From Candidatus Bathyarchaeota archaeon (GTDB lineage Archaea > Thermoproteota > Bathyarchaeia > Bathyarchaeales > Bathycorpusculaceae): a stretch of DNA of 64,000 bases. Below the pieces are notes generated by a model. That model was not told the origin of the DNA and ran no database searches. It saw only the letters and a program-made list of their open reading frames with translations. Positions within the stretch are counted from its first letter, which is position 1. The number at the start of each line of letters is the position of its first letter. Shown piece after piece: positions 21,458 to 32,423 of this stretch. Made by a program: the position numbers and the translations under genes. The stretch is from NCBI GenBank assembly GCA_963695285.1, contig OY968763.1, positions 950,859 through 1,014,858 of the forward strand, given 5' to 3'.

Positions 21458-21507
21458 TTGGTGCTACGGGCAGGATTTGAACCTGTGAACCCCTGAGGGA
21501 AAGGATT
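21458..21507 (-). repeat. Direct-repeat copy of the tRNA-Leu 3' exon (attR-like)
   Basis: 49/50 identical to 22062..22111; the single change is in the T-stem. Confidence 0.92.
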
Positions 21508-21514
21508 CTTTTTT

Positions 21515-21772
21515 TTATTCATCGTAAACTTTTTTGCGGTGCCCAATAGTTCGAATAACAATTTTCTGCTCAGAAACTTGATAGATTACCCTGTAATCAC
21601 CTATTCGAAAGGATTTAAGCTCACTTAAACGTCCAACTAACTGTTTACTGACAAAAGGCTTGACCTCCAAGATACGTAGTTCTCTAAGCATTCTAACTTG
21701 GGTTTGCCTGTCAAGACGTTTGAGCCTCTTAAGAAACTCTTTGGTAAAGATAAGTTCAAATTTCTTTTTCAT
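21515..21772 (-). CDS. relE: RelE/ParE-family toxin
   Basis: FTKEFLKRLKRL...SFRIGDYRVIY...IGHRKKVY. Confidence 0.9.
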   Translation of the reverse strand: MKKKFELIFTKEFLKRLKRLDRQTQVRMLRELRILEVKPFVSKQLVGRLSELKSFRIGDYRVIYQVSEQKIVIRTIGHRKKVYDE

Positions 21773-21986
21773 CGATGCTCAATTCTTGCAGCATTTCTTT
21801 ATAACTAAGTACTCGGCCCTCTTTGACATCTTTTAGGCTTCTATCAATGCTCTTCATCAGTTTTTCGTCGCTTAAAATTTCCAATGTTTCCATAAGTTCT
21901 TCAACTACTGAACGAAGTTTTGGAAGTTCCTCAGCAATGACTTTAAGGTTCTTCTTATCTTCATCCGTGAAAACTGCTTCAACCAC
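21756..21986 (-). CDS. Cognate antitoxin of the RelE toxin
   Basis: Acidic 76-aa ORF with ETLEILSD...DVKEGRV, overlapping the relE start. Confidence 0.8.
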   Translation of the reverse strand: MVEAVFTDEDKKNLKVIAEELPKLRSVVEELMETLEILSDEKLMKSIDRSLKDVKEGRVLSYKEMLQELSIDEKEI

Positions 21987-22062
21987 CCAATATTCACCAC
22001 TGATAATGTAACATTACAGACTATGTAAGGTATTAAAATTTCCCCAAAAATGTAGAGAATTT

Positions 22063-22185
22063 TGGTGCTACGGGCAGGATTTGAACCTGCGAACCCCTGA
22101 GGGAAAGGATTTCCCATTTGGGCGCTTAAGTCAAAGCGTCGAGATCTTGAGTCCTTCACCTTTGACCTAGCTTGGTTACCGTAGC
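22063..22185 (-). tRNA. tRNA-Leu(CAA) with 35-nt intron at 37/38 (22111..22145); CCA encoded
   Basis: GCTACGG/CCGTAGC acceptor, AAGGA-CTCAAG^A-TCCTT anticodon arm, long variable arm, GGTTCAAATCC; CTCA/TGGG BHB-type central helix. Confidence 0.93.
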
Positions 22186-22258
22186 AACTTTTCGGATAGA
22201 AAACTGTCTGGCTCCGTCTTATTAATCATTTCCCGTCTACCGCAAAAGTAAAACACCA

Positions 22259-23164
22259 ATGCAACGATACTTAGAGGCAATGCAAACCCAGCACAAAGTA
22301 ATCCTTGGCAACAGCCAACAAATGCCCGAACTCGCAGACGGCAGTGTCCAGCTGATGGTGACCTCGCCGCCTTACCCCATGATTGCGATGTGGGACGAAC
22401 TCTTCTGCAAGGCTGACCCAAAAATCGCGGAATTATTCCACAAATTGGATGCAAATTGCGAAGAAGAAACTGTGGGGCAAATCTACACTGCCATGCATGA
22501 AAACTTGGCAAAAGTCTGGGCAGAAACCTACCGCGTCCTTGTCGACGGCGGCATCGCATGCATCAACATCGGCGACGCAACCCGAACCATAAACGGCAAA
22601 TTCCAACTTTACCCCAACCACTCCAGAATAACCGAGATTTGCGAAAAAATCGGCTTCACCACACTCCCCTACATTCTATGGAAAAAACCCACCAACAAAC
22701 CGGCGTACAAAGGTAAAGGCGCCTTCTTGGGATCAGGTTTTCTTCCCCCGAACGCCTATGTAACGTTGGACTGTGAGTTTATTTTGCTTTTCAGGAAGGG
22801 GAAGCTTCGCAAATTTGAGCCCAAAGACGGGTTGCGGTATGAGAGTGCTTTCACTAAGAAGGAGCGTGACGAGTGGTTCAGCCAAATCTGGTCTGTCAGG
22901 GGTACACGGCAAACCGCAAGCGAACTAGAACGCAGAACCGCCGCCTACCCGGAAGAAATCGCTGACCGCCTGATCCGAATGTTCAGTGTTAAAGGTGAAA
23001 CTGTACTTGACCCCTTCTTAGGTTCGGGAACAACTACAAAAATCGCCTTTCAAAACGAACGCAACAGCGTCGGATACGAAGCCGACCTAAACCTGTTTCC
23101 TGTGATAACTAAAAAAATAGGTAGCTTGCTAATGGGGCACAATTTGGAAATAATCAAACGTTAA
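22259..23164 (+). CDS. Beta-class amino DNA methyltransferase (likely N4-cytosine), orphan
   Basis: Catalytic TSPPY precedes SAM-binding DPFLGSGTT. Confidence 0.88.
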   Translation: MQRYLEAMQTQHKVILGNSQQMPELADGSVQLMVTSPPYPMIAMWDELFCKADPKIAELFHKLDANCEEETVGQIYTAMHENLAKVWAETYRVLVDGGIACINIGDATRTINGKFQLYPNHSRITEICEKIGFTTLPYILWKKPTNKPAYKGKGAFLGSGFLPPNAYVTLDCEFILLFRKGKLRKFEPKDGLRYESAFTKKERDEWFSQIWSVRGTRQTASELERRTAAYPEEIADRLIRMFSVKGETVLDPFLGSGTTTKIAFQNERNSVGYEADLNLFPVITKKIGSLLMGHNLEIIKR

Positions 23165-23172
23165 AACGCCAT

Positions 23173-23223
23173 CATATTTGGATCCTAATATCCAACCTAT
23201 GCAGAAAACCTATAGGGGGGAGG
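23173..23223 (+). repeat. Dispersed ~50-bp intergenic repeat, copy A
   Basis: CATATTTGGATCCTAATA-N9-TGCAGAAAACCTATAGGGGG(G)AGG; inverted copy at 43278..43327. Confidence 0.85.
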
Positions 23224-23384
23224 ACTTGAACCCTCCACTCGGTGGAGACATCACCCGCATTTCCATTTTTTTGTTCAAATTAAAGTTCATCAAGGTGTTC
23301 GTTTGACTTTTGGTTTAATTTAGCGCGCGTGAAACCGAAGTCTTAAGTATGGGTTTCGACTAAGGAAGAAATAGAGGAATTTTC

Positions 23385-24221
23385 ATGGGATCGTCTAATT
23401 TCAAAAAAGAGTTCCCAAATATTCTCCACAGCGCACATGCACAGCACAAAAGCGAGCTTTCGCGTCTTCAACATGTCAAGGAAATAATGAGTCGTGTTGT
23501 TGTTACCATAAGACCTGAAGCGACAATGCAAGAAGCCGCCGTTTTGATGGGCAAAAAGCATATCGGAAGTTTAATTGTAACAAGAAATGGCGTCTCTTTG
23601 GGTATTATCACTGAACGCGATCTTTTGACTAAGGTTTTGGCATGTGGCAAAGATCCAGCAAAAGAAAGTGTTAAAGAAAACATGAGTTATCCACTCATAA
23701 CTGTCGGTCCTGAAGTTAAAATCAAGGAAGCAGCGCAGACTATGTACAAAAAGAAAGGTCGACTCGTCGTATTTGACAATGGAGAATTGATAGCTATTGT
23801 GACAGCATCCGACCTTATACGTAGCATGCCTGAAGTTCCAGAAACGCAGATTCAAGTCGACGACTTCATGACACGAACCGTTGTCACCGCAGACGAAAAA
23901 ACTTCTGTTAGAACAATATTGAAGACGATGGGTGAAGAACGCATAGGCAGCATTGTAATAACCCGCCAAGGAAAGCCTTTTGGTATTTTTACCGAACGAG
24001 ACTTGTTAAGCAAGATTGTAGCAGAAGATAAAACATTAGATATCCCAGTTGTAGAAGTTGCTTCATCACCATTAATCGCAATACCTTCCGGAACAAGCGT
24101 TCACGAAGCTGCTGCCACCATGGCTATTAAACACATAAAACGGTTACCCGTAGCCGCACCAGACGGGACCCTCGTAGGCGTCATCACTGCGCGTGACCTC
24201 GTCGAGGCATACGCAAGATAA
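23385..24221 (+). CDS. Four-CBS-domain protein
   Basis: Repeated VxxxM...IGSLIV...GIITERDLL units. Confidence 0.9.
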   Translation: MGSSNFKKEFPNILHSAHAQHKSELSRLQHVKEIMSRVVVTIRPEATMQEAAVLMGKKHIGSLIVTRNGVSLGIITERDLLTKVLACGKDPAKESVKENMSYPLITVGPEVKIKEAAQTMYKKKGRLVVFDNGELIAIVTASDLIRSMPEVPETQIQVDDFMTRTVVTADEKTSVRTILKTMGEERIGSIVITRQGKPFGIFTERDLLSKIVAEDKTLDIPVVEVASSPLIAIPSGTSVHEAAATMAIKHIKRLPVAAPDGTLVGVITARDLVEAYAR

Positions 24222-24414
24222 ACTTTTCCAAATTCAGGTGCGACTGATTCCAAACAAAGAAAATCACCCTTCGTAAACCCTCGGTATGTATTACCATAGT
24301 GGTGCCGGGGTGGGATTCGACATTGGCATATTTGGCAATCACAGCAATATGAAATGGTTCCTGTAAAGGTTGAAATATTATCTTGCAACTTTATGCAAAC
24401 AAAGGTTACCGTAA

Positions 24415-24729
24415 TTGGTTAAAAGAATTTCAAAGGAAGACCCGTTAAAATCTGGAAAAATTTCCAGAAGGCTCAGCATGTCAAGCAACCGCGCCAAGGG
24501 CAACATTGCCAAGGACCGTTTTGCGTTTGACCAGGCCATGCAGGGGCATGATTGCCGAAAAATTCGGGATGGCGGAGATTTTGTTGTTCAGAAGCGTGAT
24601 TTTTTTGGGAATAAGGTTGGTGATCCCACAACTTACGAGGTTAAGACTGGAGATTCTAAGTTGACGGAGGCGCAGGAGCAAAGGCAGCGTCGCCTGGGCA
24701 GGAATCGCTACAAAATCGCTAGGTATTAG
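24415..24729 (+). CDS. Small PD-(D/E)XK nuclease-like protein
   Basis: GGDFVV...YEVKTG...LTEAQ motif. Confidence 0.55.
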   Translation: MVKRISKEDPLKSGKISRRLSMSSNRAKGNIAKDRFAFDQAMQGHDCRKIRDGGDFVVQKRDFFGNKVGDPTTYEVKTGDSKLTEAQEQRQRRLGRNRYKIARY

Positions 24730-25220
24730 TCATAATTGATTGCTTAGAATACCTGAGAGGAGTAGGCTGTATTGGCATTTTCTGCAGCCAAAAGCATGGT
24801 AAAAACCAGTGCAAATACAAATAAGCACCAACTTAGCCCGGTTATTTTATTAAAAAAGCATTCACTTGAGCGGCTTATGCTTAGATGAACTGCACTGAGT
24901 CTTGTTTGCTCGTTGTAACTGTTTATTGTTGCCCTTTCCCATTTTTGCCCATGCAACGTCGAGCCGAAAAGTTTTTTTCAATCAGATGCTCTATGAATGT
25001 TTATTAGAGATTCAGTTTAGACTCATTGTGAATAAAAATGTTTATATGCAACGTAGGCGGCTTGTGTTTGTGCTCTTAGAAAAGTTAGTTGAACCCTTTT
25101 TCGAGTTGGAACTATCCAGCATCGGAGGAAATGAAAGAGTGAAACAAATGCCCTTAACCCTGACCAAAAATCACAACAGTCATCATTATTTTATGTTAAA
25201 TTTATGGGAGAACTGAAAAC

Positions 25221-28200
25221 TTGACTAATGTACAAAAAGAAGATATCCATTATCTTTTGAAAACTTTCTTCAACGAGAAAGGCTTAGTTCGCCAGCACCT
25301 TGACAGCTACAACGAATTCATCGACCATGGACTCCAAGAAGTCGTGGATGAAGTAGCTGAAATCCCCATTGAAGTTCCAGAGAGCCCTTACAAAGTGAAA
25401 CTTGGTCAAATCTGGGTAATTGACCCGCAGTCACGCATTACTGGTCCATACGCCACAGAGGTGGATGGAACAAAACATGAAATTTACCCAATGGAAGCCA
25501 GACTACGCAACTTAGCGTATTCAGCGCCTATTGCACTTGAAATGACTCCCATCGTGGATGGAAGAGAACAGGACACTGAACTGGTTTATATCGGAAATAT
25601 CCCTGTTATGCTGAAGAGCAAACTTTGCTTCCTCAGCCAACTCAGCAAAGAAGAACTCATCGCGGCAGGAGAAGACCCTGATGACCCAGGTGGATACTTT
25701 GTCGTTAACGGCTCCGAACGCGTCATTGTTGCCATGGAAGATTTGGCGCCAAACCGCGTAATCGTTGACATAGACGAAAAAGGCACATCGCCAGTTTATC
25801 AAGCAAAAATCTTCTCAACAACCGTTGGCTTCCGAGCCCGAATCGAACTTAAACTCAAATCAGACGACGCAATCTACGTCACCATGCCAGGAGTCCCAAC
25901 AGAAATCCCCTTCGTCGTCATCATGCGCGCATTAACCATGGAAAAAGACAAAGACATCGCCGAATCCGTCTCCCTCGACAGCGACACCCAAAGCCAACTG
26001 TCCGCTTCATTCGAAAAAGCCATCGGCGTAGACACCCCAAGCGACGCCATCTTATTTATCGGCAACCGCGTTGCCCACGGACAAGTCGAAGAATACCGAC
26101 TTCAAAAAGCAGAAACCGCCCTCGACAAAAACTTCCTGCCACATTTGGGAAGAAGCGATAAAAACCGCAAAGAAAAAGCCATCTTTTTAGGCGAAATGGC
26201 ATACCGTGTAATCCAACTAAAAACAGGCAGAAGACAACCCGACGACAAAGACCACTTCAAAAACAAACGTCTAAGACTCGGTGGTCCACTGCTTGCTGAC
26301 CTTTTCCGCGTCTCATTCAGAAACTTAACACGGGACATAAAGTACCAGCTTGAACGCATCGGCGTTAAAGGTCCAATCATAACTGTCTCCGCAGCTGTTC
26401 GCCCAGGAATCATCACCGAACGTTTCCAACATGCGTTGGCGACGGGTAACTGGGGCAGAGGAAGAGTTGGAATTACTCAGCTTCTTGACCGAACAAACTA
26501 CATCTCAACTCTCAGCCACCTACGCAGGCTCCAATCGCCACTCAGCAGAAGCCAACCTAACTTCGAAGCCCGAGACTTACACCCAACCCACTGGGGACGC
26601 TTATGCCCCAACGAAACCCCTGAAGGCTCAAACTGCGGGCTCGTAAAAAACCTCGCATTATCAGCCTCCATAGCAGTAGGCGTAAACCCGGACAAAATAA
26701 AGCAGTTGCTCTTCGAAATGGGCACTGTACCAGCATACGAGGCCACTATTGAGTTGCGTATTTCAGGAGCTAAAGTTTTCGTTGACGGCAACATCATCGG
26801 ATACTGCAACAACCCACAGGAAATGGTACAGTCCTTCCGACAGAAAAGGCGAGCAGGCGAAATATCCACAGAAGCTAACGTTACTTACTTCTCTAAAGCT
26901 CAAACTGAAACCGAAGAAGTACACGCAAACTGCGACGAAGGAAGAGTCAGACGCCCACTCATAATTGTCGAAAACGGCGTTTCAAAACTTGGGTCAAAGC
27001 ATTTTGAAAAGATAGGTTTAGGCGAATGGACTTGGGAAGACGTTGTCAAGAACGGTTTAGTTGAATATTTAGATGCTGAAGAAGAAGAAAACGCTTTCAT
27101 CTCACTCACCTTCGACGCGATTGCCCCCGAAAACACCCATGTGGAAATTGCAACCTTCACAATCCTTGGAATCTGCGCTTCAACCATTCCATATCCAGAA
27201 CACAACCAGTCACCAAGAAACTCATACCAAGCCGCAATGGCTAAACAGGCACTTGGAGTTTACGGCACAAACTTCCACCACCGAGTAGACTCACGCTCAC
27301 ACATCCTCCACTACCCACAGGTACCTATGGTTCAAACCGAAAACATGGATGTCATGGGATACAAGCAACGGCCAACAGGACAAAACTGCGTTGTTGCTGT
27401 GCTCAGTTTTGAAGGCTACAACATGGAAGACGCCATCATCTTCAACAAAGCATCCATCGAACGCGGCTTAGCCAGATCAACCTTCTACCGAATCTACGAA
27501 GCAGAATGCCGCCAATACCTAGGTGGCTTAAAAGACAAATTCACCGTTCCAGAACCAGGCACCCGTGGCTACCGGGGAGAACAATACTACCGCTTACTCG
27601 AACCCGACGGAATCATCAGCTTAGAATCCCAAGTTGTCGGCGGAGACGTCTTAATCGGAAGAATCAGTCCTCCAAGATTCCTTGAAGAATACAAAGAATT
27701 CGAAGTTAAAGGACCCTCAATGCGTGACACATCCGTGGACATGCGTCCCTCCGAAACAGGCATCGTCGACGGCATATTCGTAACGATGTCGGGCGAAGGA
27801 AGCCAACTCGTCAAAGTCCGCGTACGCGACCAAAGAGTCCCCGAACTAGGCGACAAATTCGCATCCCGCCACGGACAAAAAGGAGTCATCGGCCTAATCG
27901 TTCCACAAGAAGACCTGCCCTTCACAGACGACGGCATCACTCCAGACCTAATAATCAACCCACACGCAATCCCCTCAAGAATGACCATCGGACAATTCAT
28001 CGAATCACTCTCAGGCAAAGCCGCATGCGCAAGAGGCAAACCAGGCGACGGCACACCATTCTCAAACGAAGGACCAGACGAAGTACGCAAGAACCTTGTA
28101 AAACTCGGCTTCAGCCAAACCGGAAGCGAAGTCTTCTACAACGGCGCCACAGGCGAAAAATTCGTTGCCGACGTTTTCGTTGGAATCGTTTACTACCAAA

Positions 28201-28586
28201 AACTACACCACATGGTTGCAGACAAGATACACGCCAGAGCCCGCGGTCAAGTGCAAATGCTCACACGCCAGCCAACTGAAGGTCGCGCAAGGGGTGGTGG
28301 TCTCAGGTTCGGAGAAATGGAGCGAGACTGCCTCATCGGTCACGGAGCCGCTATGCTACTGCGAGATAGGCTGCTGGAAGAATCTGACAAGTACACGCTC
28401 TACATATGCGAGAACTGCGGACAAATCGCTTACTTCGACATGAAGCAAAGGCGCTATGTCTGCAAGATATGCGACGAGAAAGCAAAGATTTCACCAGTAA
28501 TCGTGTCTTACGCTTTCAAGCTTCTGTTGCAAGAACTGCAGAGCTTATGCATTACACCAAAATTAAGACTAAAGGAGAAGGCATAA
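25221..28586 (+). CDS. rpoB: DNA-directed RNA polymerase subunit B (unsplit)
   Basis: GDKFASRHGQKG, GGLRFGEMERD, ETPEG, C-terminal zinc finger. Confidence 0.98.
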   Translation: MTNVQKEDIHYLLKTFFNEKGLVRQHLDSYNEFIDHGLQEVVDEVAEIPIEVPESPYKVKLGQIWVIDPQSRITGPYATEVDGTKHEIYPMEARLRNLAYSAPIALEMTPIVDGREQDTELVYIGNIPVMLKSKLCFLSQLSKEELIAAGEDPDDPGGYFVVNGSERVIVAMEDLAPNRVIVDIDEKGTSPVYQAKIFSTTVGFRARIELKLKSDDAIYVTMPGVPTEIPFVVIMRALTMEKDKDIAESVSLDSDTQSQLSASFEKAIGVDTPSDAILFIGNRVAHGQVEEYRLQKAETALDKNFLPHLGRSDKNRKEKAIFLGEMAYRVIQLKTGRRQPDDKDHFKNKRLRLGGPLLADLFRVSFRNLTRDIKYQLERIGVKGPIITVSAAVRPGIITERFQHALATGNWGRGRVGITQLLDRTNYISTLSHLRRLQSPLSRSQPNFEARDLHPTHWGRLCPNETPEGSNCGLVKNLALSASIAVGVNPDKIKQLLFEMGTVPAYEATIELRISGAKVFVDGNIIGYCNNPQEMVQSFRQKRRAGEISTEANVTYFSKAQTETEEVHANCDEGRVRRPLIIVENGVSKLGSKHFEKIGLGEWTWEDVVKNGLVEYLDAEEEENAFISLTFDAIAPENTHVEIATFTILGICASTIPYPEHNQSPRNSYQAAMAKQALGVYGTNFHHRVDSRSHILHYPQVPMVQTENMDVMGYKQRPTGQNCVVAVLSFEGYNMEDAIIFNKASIERGLARSTFYRIYEAECRQYLGGLKDKFTVPEPGTRGYRGEQYYRLLEPDGIISLESQVVGGDVLIGRISPPRFLEEYKEFEVKGPSMRDTSVDMRPSETGIVDGIFVTMSGEGSQLVKVRVRDQRVPELGDKFASRHGQKGVIGLIVPQEDLPFTDDGITPDLIINPHAIPSRMTIGQFIESLSGKAACARGKPGDGTPFSNEGPDEVRKNLVKLGFSQTGSEVFYNGATGEKFVADVFVGIVYYQKLHHMVADKIHARARGQVQMLTRQPTEGRARGGGLRFGEMERDCLIGHGAAMLLRDRLLEESDKYTLYICENCGQIAYFDMKQRRYVCKICDEKAKISPVIVSYAFKLLLQELQSLCITPKLRLKEKA

Positions 28587-28587
28587 C

Positions 28588-31500
28588 ATGTCACAGGAAG
28601 AATTGATACATAAAATAGTAGATGAAATCTCATTCGGTTTAATCTCACCTAAAGACCTCCGTAAACAATCAGTCGTTGAAATCCAAACGCCAGACACCTA
28701 TGACGAAGACGGCGCACCAATCACAGCAGGCTTAATGGACGGCAGACTAGGCACTCTCGAACCGAGGCAAAGATGCAAAACCTGCGGCAACACAGCCATC
28801 CGCTGCCCAGGACACTTCGGACACATCGAACTTGCCGTGCCAATTGTGCACATTGAATTTACAAAGATTATTTTTGACCTCTTGAAAGCAACTTGCCGCA
28901 CTTGCGGTCGCATTCTCCTCTCAGAAGACGGTACTAAAAAAGCACGCCAAAGACTTGAACGCTTCAACGAGCTCCTGGGAACTATCCCTGATGAAATTTA
29001 CAAAGAAATCCTAACCGACATCAAAGCAAAACAATGCCCCTACTGCGCAGCTGCACAATTCAAAATCACCTTCGAGAAACCAACAAAGTTCATCGAGCAA
29101 ACTGAAGCAGGCTCAGAACCCCTAACACCCAGCATGATACGCGAAAGGCTTGAACGTGTCTCAGACGAAGACTTAGAAATTTTGGGCTTCAACCCCAAAG
29201 TGGCTCGTCCAGAATGGATGGTTCTGCAAGTTCTACCTGTTCCACCAGTTTATGTGCGTCCATCAATTACGTTGGAATCAGGTATCCGGTCAGAAGATGA
29301 CTTAACCCACAAACTCGTAGACATCATCCGCATTAACCAGCGTCTAAAAGAGAACATGGAAGCCGGTGCACCAACCCTCATTATCCAAGACCTCTCTGAA
29401 CTGTTGCAATACCACGTTACCACGTACTTCAACAACGAGGCATCAGGTATTCCGCCAGCAAGACACCGCAGTGGAAGAGCCCTAAAAACCCTCTCTCAAC
29501 GGTTGAAAGGCAAAGAAGGACGTTTCAGAAGCAACCTCTCAGGCAAACGTGTCGACTTCTCAGCCCGCACAGTCATTTCACCAGACCCTAACCTTGACAT
29601 AAACGAAGTCGGTGTTCCACAAGACGTTGCCATGCGACTATCCATCCCAGAAAAGGTAACTGCATGGAACATTGAAGAAATGAAAAAATTCGTGATTAAC
29701 GGTCCAGAAAACTATCCAGGCGCACTCTACATTATCCGCCCAGACGGCAAACGCATCAGGCTCGAATTCGTAGTTGACCGAACAAAAATTGCGGAAGCAG
29801 TCGAATTAGGATTCGTAGTTGAGCGTCACCTCAAAAACGGTGATATAGCTATCTTTAACCGCCAGCCTTCGCTTCACCGCATGTCCATCATGGCGCATTA
29901 TGTTCGAGTTTTACCGTACAAGACTTTCCGATTACACCTTTGTGTTTGTCCACCCTACAACGCTGACTTTGACGGCGACGAAATGAACCTACACGTTCCG
30001 CAGAGCGAGGAAGCTCGAACTGAAAGCTTGCTGCTCATGCAGGTTCAAGACCAAATCCTCTCACCCAGATTCGGCGGACCAATCATCGGCGCCATCAGAG
30101 ACTTCATCACAAGCGCATACTACTTCACCAAAAAAGGCAACTACCTAACCAGAAGCCAAGTTAACAGGCTGCTGACAACTACTAATTACACTGGACCTGT
30201 GCCCGAACCAGAAATCAAAGACGCCAGAACCCATGTGGTCAGGCAAACAAATCTTCAGCCTATACCTACCAAAAACTCTCAATTACTCTTTGAAAGCTAA
30301 CATTTGTCAAGGCTGCACTAAATGCGAAGAAGAAGAATGCAAACATGACGCCTACGTAGTGGTTAAGAACGGCCAGTTGGTTACAGGAATTATTGATCGT
30401 AAATCTATCGGTTCTGAGCAGTCTGAGAGTTTACTTCACAGAATAATCAAAGACTACGGCACCCAAGCTGGAAGAGAATTCCTAAACAAAGTCACACACT
30501 TACTCAAACTATTCATTTCCATGCGAGGCTTTAGCTACACCTACGACCAATTGGTTCTCTCACCGAAAGCCCGCAACCGCATGGCAAAGACAATGGACCG
30601 TATCCAAAAGAAAATCAATGAACACATCGAAAACTTCCGCAACGGAACTCTACCACGCTTGCCAGGACAAACCCTTGAGGAATCCTTCGAAATCTATGTC
30701 ATGCATGAACTCGCCAGTAGCCAGAGATGAATCAGGCAAAATAGCAGACGAAGACTTCACATTGGAAAACGCAGGAATTGTCATGACAAGAGCAGGTGCA
30801 AGAGGCTCAAGCTTAAACATCGGTCAAATGGCAGCTTGCGTTGGGCAACAGTCAGTCCGAGGCAAACGTATCCTAAGGGGTTATGCTGGAAGGGCACTGC
30901 CGCACTTCGTTGATGGCGACCCAAGCCCAAGAGCAAGAGGCTTCGTCTATAACTCTTATCAGACGGGACTTGACGCGATTGAATTCTTCTTCCACGCTAT
31001 GGGAGGCAGAGAAGGTCTAGTCGACACAGCCGTCCGCACTCAACAAAGCGGTTACATGCAAAGACGATTGATCAACGCCTTAGAGCACATACGCTTAGAA
31101 TACGACAGCACCGTACGGGACTCCGCAGGAGACATCATCCAATTCAGGTACGGTGAAGACGGCGTAGACCCAGCTAAAAGTGACCATGGTAAAGCAGTAA
31201 ACGTCAACCGGCTAATCGAGCAGATAAAACTCGGCGAAGAAAAAGGCGAAATAGCATCTGCAGAACACATTAAAAAGCAGCTTAAGAACGTAGAAAACCA
31301 GTTAACACCTATCCTGCTGAACCAGCTTAAACAGAACTTTGCAAAGAACAAGTTAACAACCAAAGCCGTTACGAAAGCCGCAACCCAAACAGCTGAACAA
31401 TACAAGCGTGCTTTGATGGAGCCAGGGGAAGCAGTCGGCATTGTTGCAGCCCAATCAATCGGCGAACCAGGCACCCAGATGACTCTTAGAACCTTCCACT

Positions 31501-32423
31501 ACGCTGGTGTCAAAGAACAAAACGTCACCTTAGGCTTACCAAGACTAATCGAAATCGTTGACGCACGCAGAATCCCGTCAACCCCAATCATGACTATCTA
31601 CCTAAAAGGCGAACATGCCAAGAGCAAAGAAGGCGCAGTTGAAGTTGCACGCAACATCATCTACACTTCAGTTGAAAACTTGGCTTCAGCAATCTACGAA
31701 GACCCAGTTCGCGAAGAAATAATCGTCGAATTAAGCAAGCAGATGATGGACGACAGAGCCATAACGATGGATGAACTCAAAGAACGCATGGAACTGCAAA
31801 ACGCAACCGTAACAATCACTGAAACAACAGTTGAGATTAAACCTAAGAAAGCTGAGCAACTAAAGCGTATGCTTGCCAAGATTCCAGGGTACCAAGTTAA
31901 AGGTGTCCCAGACATTAAACGAGTCTTAGTTACAGAAGAGAGCGGCGAATGGGTAATACGCACTGATGGCTCAAACCTGTCTAAAGTCTTAGAAGTCATA
32001 GGCGTTGATACTTCAAGGACAACCACCAACAACATCCATGAAATCGCAAAAACCCTCGGCGTCGAAGCATCCAGAAACGCATTGGTACACGAAGCCAAAG
32101 GAGTCCTGGAAGACCAAGGCTTAGACGTAGATGTCCGACACGTAATGCTTGTTGCAGACATGATGACTACAACTGGTGATGTGCAGCAAATCGGCAGACA
32201 TGGAATCAGCGGCAAAAAAGCAAGTGTTCTCGCGCGCGCCGCATTCGAAATCACTGTGCCAAACATTGTTGAAGCAGCCGTGAAAGGTGAAAGTGATCCC
32301 TTAGCTGGAGTAACAGAAAACGTTATAGTTGGGCAATCAATACCAATCGGCACAGGCTTAGTTGAATTGTACATGTCAACATTTGAAACGCAAGAAAAAG
32401 ATGGAGGAAAAACAGAAGCATGA
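28588..32423 (+). CDS. rpoA: DNA-directed RNA polymerase subunit A (A'+A'' fused), two apparent frameshifts (near 30225 and 30715)
   Basis: [10 protein letters not shown] in ORF 1; the A' C-terminus (GEDGVDP) and A'' motif ([13 protein letters not shown]) are in one continuous ORF. Confidence 0.95.

Larger units (their letters stand above)
21458..22111 (-). mobile_element. Minimal tRNA-Leu-integrated islet (604-bp repeat spacing) carrying only a TA pair
   Basis: Flanked by 50-bp direct repeats of the tRNA 3' exon; no integrase. Confidence 0.65.

Noticed and set aside
21458-21507. tRNA 3' exon copy as a trans-spliced split-tRNA half
   Set aside because: It carries a T-stem-disrupting change, has no evident complementary leader or own promoter, and the intact gene is 604 bp away. 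An att-type duplication fits better.
23214-23240. T-arm-like hairpin GGAGG-GTTCAAGT-CCTCC as a tRNA gene
   Set aside because: No acceptor, D or anticodon arms can be built. It overlaps the end of the 50-bp repeat and may be chance.
25174-25201. TTATGTTAAAT resembling the XerD arm of a dif site
   Set aside because: There is no matching left arm at 6-bp spacing, and it lies in the AT-rich rpoB upstream region.
31052-32374. Long antisense ORFs opposite rpoA (and similarly opposite rpoB, SMC, EF-2, pepF)
   Set aside because: These are shadow frames of well-supported genes with no motifs of their own.
28588-32423. Frameshifts in rpoA (and in aor, uppP, moaA, ABC ATPases, kinase, TPR gene) as pseudogenisation or programmed frameshifting
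   Set aside because: They hit essential genes, are scattered without a shared slippery motif, and the pieces are otherwise intact. Sequencing or assembly indels are the simplest explanation.
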